This document shows positions 56,719-64,000 of a stretch of DNA of 64,000 nt, piece by piece. Numbering within the stretch: the stretch's first letter is position 1; the number at the start of each line of letters is the position of its first letter. The notes beneath the pieces are model-generated. The model saw only the letters and a list, made by a program, of their open reading frames with translations, made no database searches and was not told the origin of the DNA. The position numbers were made by a program, and so were the translations under genes. The DNA comes from Polyangiales bacterium (GTDB taxonomy: Bacteria; Myxococcota_A; Polyangia; Polyangiales; Ga0077539), in contig JBGARZ010000010.1 in NCBI GenBank assembly GCA_044229975.1, positions 256,001-320,000 on the forward strand, given 5' to 3'.

Positions 56719-59693
56719 TTATGGAGCGGGGACCGGGAGCGCCACGCCCAGCGCCCCGACGAAGGCAGCGCGGAGGGTTCCGTCCGAGGCAGACAGCGTG
56801 AAGATCTCTCGCGCACCGCAGACCGTGCCTACGCCGAACATGAGCGTGCGTGGAGCGATGACGTCATTGATGAGGCGCCTCACCATGAGGCTGGAGTCGA
56901 GGGGTGCGCGGTAGACCCGGTTGAGCTGGTTGTCGGCGACGAACACGTTGCCGCACTCGTCCTGCGCGAGCCCCGAGATGCCGCCGAGGCCCACCACGAA
57001 GTCCGCCGCGCCGCTGACCACTCCGGCGTCGCCCGCGCCGAGGTTGACGCGCACGACCTTGTTGTCCCGCGACTGAGCGACGAAGAGGTATCGCCCCATC
57101 ACGTCGAGCAGGAGCTGCGTCGGCGCCATCACGTCGGTCACCACTGCGCTCGCAGTGCCATCAGCGGGCATGCGGTAGATGGTGTTGGCCGCCGTGTCGC
57201 TGAACCATACCGAGTCGTCCGCGCCGATGGCCAGACCACCGGCGCTCTGGAGAGACCCCACCCGTAGCGTCGGGATCGTTGCCCCCGGCTGGAGCTGATA
57301 GATCGCGCCTCTTGCCGTGCCCGCGTCCGCGCGAACCTCCACGGCGAGGAAGAGTCCGTGGGTGCGGGTATAGCGCAGCGCCACCACCTCGCCGCTCATC
57401 GCCATGGTCACCGGGAGCGTGTCGCGGTCGCGCCGCAGCACCACCGTAGCCCCCAGTGAGATGGCGATCCCGCCGCGGCCGTCGAAGGCGAAGTCCCGCG
57501 CGCCCGTGAGGTCCGTCAACACTACGCGGGACGTCACCGCCGTGATGGGCGCCATCTCGCAGGTGGTGGCTGCGCCGGCGCAGGCGCACGCACCCATCAC
57601 GCAGCTCGCGCCGACGCCGCACGTGTTGCCGCAGGTTCCGCAGTTGGCCGGGTCGTTGGCGAGGTCACGGCAGACGCCGGCGCAGACGGTCGTCCCGCTC
57701 CGGCACGCGCACGCGCCCGCGATGCACGATCGGCCGCCGCTGCACACATTGCCGCAGGTTCCGCAGTTGTTGGCGTCGGTCGAAGGGTCGACGCACGCGC
57801 CCCCGCACCGGGGACCTCCGTCGCAGCGCTGGCTGTACCCCAGCGGGTTGGTGAACGTCTCTCCCCGCAGCGGCGCGCCGTCAGGCAGTCGTTGACGCAC
57901 TGCCGCGACGCCCCGTCGCACAGGCTCGTCCGATCGTCGCAGGCCCCGCAGCCCAGCCCCCCGCACTGGTCCGTCGTCCCGCACGCGCCGGTGAACGTCG
58001 CCGCCGAACACCCCGGCCCGAAGCCCGTCGCGTCGAAGCCGTACGTCGCCACGGGCATCGTCGTCCCGCCCGCGACCTCCACGGTGACGCTGTGCGTTCC
58101 GGCCCGCTTTGGCGAGCAGTACCCCAGCAGGTATGTCGTCCGAAACTCCGCCGCGATGCGGTTGGCCAGCGCGTTGAACTCGCGCGTCAACGTGGCGACG
58201 CTCGGCGCCGTCAGCACCCCGCCCGGCGCGAGCGCCGTCAGGACACCCGGCATGTAGTCGCCGCCCGCGAGCCCCACCGCCAGCATTCGATCGGTGCTCG
58301 CTCCGACCGCCGCGACCGCCTGCGCCTGCGTGCGTAGACCCGCCGTGTCCCCGCCGTCGGTGAACAGCACGACGTACCCGCTCGTGAACGCTCCGCCCGC
58401 GTTGCGGGTGCGGAACGCCGCCTCCGCCGTCGACTGCCGGCTCAGCGCGTTGATGACGGCGCCGTGGAGGTTGGTCGAGCTCGGGTCGCTCGGACGGTAG
58501 CTGGAGAGCGCGTCGAGCCGTGAGAGCAGCCGAGCCGTGTCGAGCGTCGGCGCCTGCCACTCGGTCAGGCTCGGCTCCCCGGCAAACACCTGGATGCCGA
58601 TCTGCACCGGCAGGTGTCGCACGGTCTGGAGCGTCGTGACGAACTGCCCCGCCGCCGCCGTGAGCTGCGGGAGAAACGCATTGGTCGACGAGCTGACGTC
58701 GAGCACCAGCGACACGAACACCTGCGGCCCGACCCGCGTGAGCAGCGTGGCCGACGACTCGCTGCTGAGGCGCGTGCCATCCTCCTTGATGACGAAATCC
58801 GCCGCGGTGAGATCGGTGAGCGGTCGACCCACGCAGTCTTCCGCGGTGAAGAACATTGCGATGCCCGAAGGCGACGTCGTGCGCCCCTCGACCAGCCGCG
58901 TGACGGTGCACGAGCGGTCCGCGGGCTCGGTATAGTCGACCCCGTCGCCGACGAAGCCGGAGCTGAAGTGGGCGACACTGCCGCTGAGGGACGCGCCTGA
59001 AACCAGGCCGCCGAGGCGCTCGTAGCCCGTGCTCCCGGTGGGGCGCGACCAGAAGAGCGTCGCCCGCGAAGCGTCGCCTGCGAAGGGGAGCGTGACCTGA
59101 ACGGGCATCGTGAAGGCGGTCCCCGCGGGCTCGAAGCGGAAGAGCCGCGAGTAGCCGGTGTACCCCGACGGTGCGGTCACGCTGGTCGGCACGATCTGAA
59201 TGGGAACCACCGTCGACAGGGCGCCCGCCGACACCGTCACCGTCGCCCCGGCGCACGACACCGTTCCTCCGCTGGCCCCGATCGGGACGGCAGGGCAGGG
59301 CAGCTCCGCGTCGATCGGCGGAACGTCTGCGATCGGGGTGTCGGCCGCAGGGGTGTCGGCTGCCGGGATGTCCGTTGTCGGGATGTCCGTGGCTGGAACA
59401 TCTTGCGTCGATCCGTCCAACGACACGGGCGGTGCATCGAGGCTGCCGAGATCGTTGGCCGGTGCGTCTCCCGCAGACACGTCCAGCGTGCCCCCGTCCG
59501 AGTCGGGACACCCGCAGGCGCCGTACGTGTGATCCGCGCGGCAGGTCTGCGTCCGGGCGATGCCATCGTTGCACGCGCAAGCAATGGTCTGCCCGGTCAC
59601 GCACCCCGGTGACGGAGCCGGTTGCGATCCACACGAGACCGTCGAGGCCATCAGACTCAACCCCAGCAGAACCAACGCACGCGCTTGCGACAT
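56719..59693 (-). pseudogene. frameshifted multidomain lipoprotein (vWA + Cys-rich repeats + NHL propeller); true frameshift or sequencing error
   Basis: 59693 to about 57863 reads lipoprotein signal and vWA (LVLDVSSS, VVLFTDG); a second frame continues ETFTNPLG..CGTCGNVC..NHL to 56719; one extra G in the 4-G run at 57863-57866 joins them. Confidence 0.8.
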
Positions 59694-59835
59694 CCGAGAC
59701 TCCCTCCGACAGATGGCGCCGACGTTCTCACGCCGCTGCGAGGGACGACACTCCGAATGCCGGGGCTGGAGGGCCGCCTCGGAGTCGCGCGCGGCGTGTT
59801 AGCGTCGCGGCCTTCGATCGTTGGAGGACAACACG

Positions 59836-62459
59836 ATGCGCAGGCTCACTCCCTGGATACTCTCCATCCTTGCGACCGCGTGCTCGCCTTCGTCTGTCAA
59901 TGGCCTCCTCACCAGTGATCTCGGCTCGGTCGACGTCGCGTCCACTGTCGACGCCTCGTCCATCGACGTCACGCCCGTCGTCGACGTCACGCCCGTCGTC
60001 GACGTCAGCACCGACGTCCCTGCGCCGACGTCGTGCGCCTCCGACCGCGACTGCTCCTCGCGCGGCCTCGTCTGCGACCTCGACCGCGAGCGCTGCGTCG
60101 AGTGCAACGCCCCCACCGACTGTCCCGCCGATCGCGTCTGCCTCCGCCACGCGTGCGCCTCCGTCCAGCGCTGCACCTCCACCCGAACGTGCCCCGGTCA
60201 GGTCTGCTCCACGACGCTCGGGTTCTGCGTCGACTGCACCGTCGACGCGGAGTGCCCGACCGCCCAGCAGTGCGTCGACTCCGCCTGCGTCGACCGCCCC
60301 GCCGCGTGTCGGTCGTCGCGCGACTGCTCGTCCCTGGGCCTCGTGTGCAGCTCCGTTCGCAGTGTCTGTGTCGAGTGCAACGCCGACGTCGACTGCCCCG
60401 TGGGGCGCTACTGCGACCCCGACAATCGATGCCGACGGCAGGTGTGCACGCCCTCCGAGACGCGCTGCGAGGACGTCGCCCGCCAGCGCACCTGCGACGC
60501 GCGCGGCTCGACCAGCGCCGTCGCCGCGTGCGCCTCGGGACAGACCTGCCGCGACGGTCGCTGCCAGGCCACCGTGTGCATGCCCTCCTTCGCGAGCTGC
60601 GACCCCGCGAGCAACGAGCTCCGCGTGTGCAACGCCGACGGCGGCGGGTACACGCCCACGCCCTGCCCCTCCGGGCAGTCGTGCCGCCTGGGGACGTGCG
60701 TCGCGCAGACCTGCTCACCCGGCGCGGCCACCTGCGCCTCCATCACCGCCCGCAGCGTGTGCAACCCCGACGGGCTCACGACCACGGCCGTCCCGTGCGC
60801 GTCGTCCGAGAGCTGCCGCGACGGGGCCTGCGTCGCCCGCTCGTGCGCGCCGGGGACGGCCACCTGCGTCGACGCCTCGACCCGCACCGTCTGCAACGCC
60901 GACGGGCTCGGAACCACCCCGGCCTCCTGCGCCACGGCACAGCGTTGCGTCGAGGGAGCGTGCCGCGATCTGGCGTGCGTTCCGGGCGCGTCGAGCTGCG
61001 CGGACGCTCGCAGCGTCCGCACGTGCAGCGCCGACGGGCTCACCTCGTCGACGGTGGCGTGCCCGGGCTCGTCGAGCTGCGCGTCGGGCATGTGCTCGTC
61101 GTGGGTGTGCGTCCCCGGCAGCGCGACCTGCGCGTCGGCGAGCGCGCGCAGCGTCTGCAACAGCGACGGCCTCGCTTCGACCACGAGCCCGTGCCCGACG
61201 CCAGCCAACGCGACCTCGCCGGCGTGCGGCGGGGCGGGGCTGTGCTCGTTCGCGTGCGCGACCGGCTTCGGGGACTGCAACCGCGTCGCGACCGACGGCT
61301 GCGAGGTGGCGACGAACACCAACGTCACCCACTGCGGCGCGTGCGGGCGGGCGTGCGAGGCGCGCTCCAAGGGCTCTCCAGGGAATGGGATGGGCTGATC
61401 GCACGCCCAGTTCGGCCGCCCTGCGGCGTACGTCCTCACTCGACTCCCGCGCCGTAGCAACGCTACGGCTTGGTCGCTCGCTCCGGGCGCGCTCGCAGGT
61501 CGACTCGGCCTGGACGCACGATCAGCCCATCCCATTCCCTGGAGAGCCCCAACGCGACGGCGAGCTGCGCGTCCGGGGCGTGCAACTACGCGTGCAACGC
61601 GGGCTACGGCGACTGCGACGGCAACGCGGCCAACGGGTGCGAGGCGCTCACCACGACGACCAACTGCGGCGCGTGCGGCGTCGCGTGCGCGAGCGGTCAA
61701 GCGTGCGCGGGCAGTGTCTGCGGGAGCGCGTGCGCCGGGGGCGTGTTGTGCGGCGGGGTCTGCACCGATACGAGCAGCGATTCGGCGAACTGCGGCGCGT
61801 GCGGGCGCGCGTGTACGGGCGGCCAGTGGTGCGTCGGCGGCGCGTGCGGCGGAGGCGCCAGGTATGTGGTCAGCTACCCGTCGGCGTCGACGGTGCCGTA
61901 CCTCGACGCGTGTGGCGCGACGGGGTCGCGGCGCGTCATCCCATCTGCCGACGACAGCGGCGCCGCCGCGACGCTGCCGTTCGCGACGCGCTGGTGGGGG
62001 GCTGCGTTGATGGCGGGGTCGTCGATGTACGTGAGCAGCAATGGCTTCTTGCTGGTTGCCCCCGTAGCGACCGCCAACTCGACAAGCGGGACGATTCCCG
62101 ACGCGATGGCTCCCAACGGGCTCATCGCCGCGCAATGGCGCGACCTCCTCACGCGAGACACGGGCGCGTGCATTGCCACCCTCGGGACCGCACCGTCCCG
62201 GCGCTGGGTGGCGCAGTGGGACAACGCGTCCAACTACCCAACGGGCACGGGCTCGCTCAACTTCGAGGTGATCGTGCACGAGGGCAGCGGCATCATCGAC
62301 CTCGCCTACGGGGTGATGTCGATGTCCGATACAACACGCACGACGACGGTCGGCCTGGAAAGCCCGGACGGCCTCCGGGCCGTCGGCGGGTGCACGGACG
62401 GCACCTCCCTCTGCGTCTCGGCTTCCAACACCCGGGCGCGCTTCACGCCCGCTCCCTGA
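59836..62459 (+). pseudogene. Cys-rich repeat lipoprotein with NIDO-like C-terminal domain, interrupted by a MITE
   Basis: GGAGG RBS, lipobox ATAC, many CxPG...CNxDG repeats; removing 61371-61552 restores one frame (GRACEARSNATASC). Confidence 0.88.
61371..61549. mobile_element. MITE (non-autonomous miniature inverted-repeat element), 179 bp
   Basis: Perfect 31-bp TIRs GGGCTCTCCAGGGAATGGGATGGGCTGATCG (61371-61401 and 61519-61549); CAA direct repeat at 61368-61370 and 61550-61552. Confidence 0.93.
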
Positions 62460-62565
62460 AGCCGTCTGTCCGTTGCGCACACCCGGTCAGCCGCGTGACC
62501 GGTTCAACCCGGCGGGCGCCCGTGGTACACGGCTCGTCCCCGATTCGTCGGGCGCGAGGAGTTCG

Positions 62566-63630
62566 ATGAGCGAGATCTATACGGTGATCATGGCGGGCGG
62601 CTCGGGCACCCGCTTCTGGCCCTCGTCGCGGCGGTCGAAGCCCAAGCAGTTTCTCCCGCTCGGCGACGGTGTCACCCCGCTGCTCACGGCCACCGTGAAG
62701 CGCGTGGCCCCGCTCTCGCCGCCCGAGCGCGTGCTCATCGTCACCCGCGCCGACCTCGCCGACGCCTCCCACGAGGCGTGCCCCGAGGTGCCCGCGGCCA
62801 ACATCCTGCTCGAACCCGTCGGTCGCAACACCGCGCCGTGTGTCGCCTGGGCCACCTACGAGATCTTCCGGCGCTCGCCCGAGGCCGTCGTCGTGGTGCT
62901 CGCGGCCGACGCGCACATCGCCGACGAGGCCGCGTTCGTGCGCGCGCTGAAGCTCGCCGCCGACGCCGCCAACACGGGGGCCATCGTCACCCTCGGCATC
63001 ACGCCCACGCGCCCGGAGACGGGCTACGGCTACCTCGACGTGGGCGACGCGTTTCCCGGCGCGCCCGACGGGGTGAGGTCGGTGCGGGCCTTCGTCGAGA
63101 AGCCCGACGCCGTCCGCGCCACCAAGTACGTCACCGACGGCCACCACCTCTGGAACGCCGGGATCTTCGTGTTTCGCGCCGACGTGATGATCGAGGCGGT
63201 GAAGAAGCACCTGCCCGCGGTGGCCGACGCGCTCTTCCGCAGCGACCTCGACCAGGCCGCCGTCGACGAGCGCTACCCCGGGCTGCCCAACATCTCGCTC
63301 GACTACGGGGTGATGGAGCGCGAACACTCGGTCGCGGTGGTTCCGGTGGACTGCGGCTGGAGCGACGTGGGGAGCTGGCAGGCGGCCTGGGAGCTCGGCG
63401 CGAAGGACGACGCGGGCAACGTGCTCGCGGGCGTCGAGGGCACCGTGGTCGACGCGGCGGGCAACGTGGTGGTCGCGCCGACGGGCAAGGTGATCGCGCT
63501 GGTCGGAGTGAGCGACCTGGTGGTGGTGGACACGGGCGACGCGCTGCTGGTGATGAGCCGCGACCGCGCGCAGGACGTGAAGAAGGCCGTGGACGCGCTC
63601 ACCGCAGCGAAGCGCCACGACGTGTTGTGA
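62566..63630 (+). CDS. manC: mannose-1-phosphate guanylyltransferase
   Basis: VIMAGGSGTRFWP, PKQFL, LEPVGRNTAP, PETGYGY, FVEKPD, WNAGIF, ISLDYGVME, GWSDVGSW; no C-terminal isomerase domain. Confidence 0.93.
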   Translation: MSEIYTVIMAGGSGTRFWPSSRRSKPKQFLPLGDGVTPLLTATVKRVAPLSPPERVLIVTRADLADASHEACPEVPAANILLEPVGRNTAPCVAWATYEIFRRSPEAVVVVLAADAHIADEAAFVRALKLAADAANTGAIVTLGITPTRPETGYGYLDVGDAFPGAPDGVRSVRAFVEKPDAVRATKYVTDGHHLWNAGIFVFRADVMIEAVKKHLPAVADALFRSDLDQAAVDERYPGLPNISLDYGVMEREHSVAVVPVDCGWSDVGSWQAAWELGAKDDAGNVLAGVEGTVVDAAGNVVVAPTGKVIALVGVSDLVVVDTGDALLVMSRDRAQDVKKAVDALTAAKRHDVL

Positions 63631-63647
63631 TCGGAGAGACGACAGAC

Positions 63648-64000
63648 ATGAACCCGCAGATCTTCCGTGAGTACGACGTCCGTGGAAACGCCGAGCGCGA
63701 CCTGCCCGACGAGGTCGCCCGCGACCTGGGCCGCGCGCTCGGGAGCGTGATGGCCGAGCGCGGCAAGCGCCGCATCATGGTGGGCCGCGACTGCCGGCTG
63801 TCCTCCAAGCGCCTGCGCGACGCGCTCATCGAGGGCCTGTTGGAGACCGGCCGCCACATCGTGAAGATCGAGGTCGGCCCCACGCCGCTGCTCTACTTCG
63901 CCGTGCACCACCTCGACGCCGACGGCGGCGTGATGGTCACCGGCAGCCACAATCCCCCGGAGGACAACGGCTTCAAGATCCTCGTCGGCAAGGGGACGCT
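63648..64000 (+). CDS. phosphomannomutase/phosphoglucomutase (AlgC/ManB family), 3'-truncated by the window edge
   Basis: Translated by hand: MNPQIFREYDVRG..VGRDCRLSS..PTPLLYF..MVTGSHNPPEDNGFK. Confidence 0.93.
   Translation, partial: MNPQIFREYDVRGNAERDLPDEVARDLGRALGSVMAERGKRRIMVGRDCRLSSKRLRDALIEGLLETGRHIVKIEVGPTPLLYFAVHHLDADGGVMVTGSHNPPEDNGFKILVGKGT

Noticed and set aside
49476..62459. Diversity-generating retroelement acting on the shared C-terminal domains
   Set aside because: No reverse transcriptase and no near-identical template/variable repeat pair differing at adenines was seen
59171..62569. 1132-aa ORF reading through the MITE
   Set aside because: Mostly off-frame low-complexity translation; the Cys-rich frame restored by removing the MITE explains the region

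Overview
Very GC-rich, gene-dense bacterial window. The many Ser/Thr kinases, an FHA-sigma54 activator, PEGA/FG-GAP/LCCL/vWA/Cys-rich lipoproteins and a ferritin-like lipoprotein suggest a Myxococcota-type (myxobacterial) genome; this is an inference from gene content. Recognisable housekeeping genes are ppc, a PduO-type adenosyltransferase, fmt, def, apaG, manC and a partial phosphomannomutase. The best candidate for an undescribed system is at about 35.1-36.9 kb. There a 132-aa twin-arginine (Tat)-signal peptide with three TDSD repeat units (two near-identical TDSDGGR[FY]ADGVGRG) lies 26 bp upstream of a RoxA/NO66-like JmjC oxygenase, an arrangement resembling a RiPP precursor and its modifying enzyme. 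The pair sits at the end of a minus-strand cluster (HupE/UreJ, His-rich lipoprotein, beta-propeller lipoprotein, DUF4331, TPR, CX4CH cytochrome-like lipoprotein) that contains a lower-GC FG-GAP gene. Other notable structure: a 179-bp MITE with perfect 31-bp TIRs and a CAA target duplication splitting a Cys-rich gene, a 76-bp-arm intergenic inverted repeat, a one-base frameshift in a vWA lipoprotein, a PDZ/NuoH-like fusion and a pseudokinase upstream of an antiporter pair. No rRNA, tRNA, CRISPR array, transposase or integrase was recognised. All family calls come from motif recognition by eye, with no database searches.
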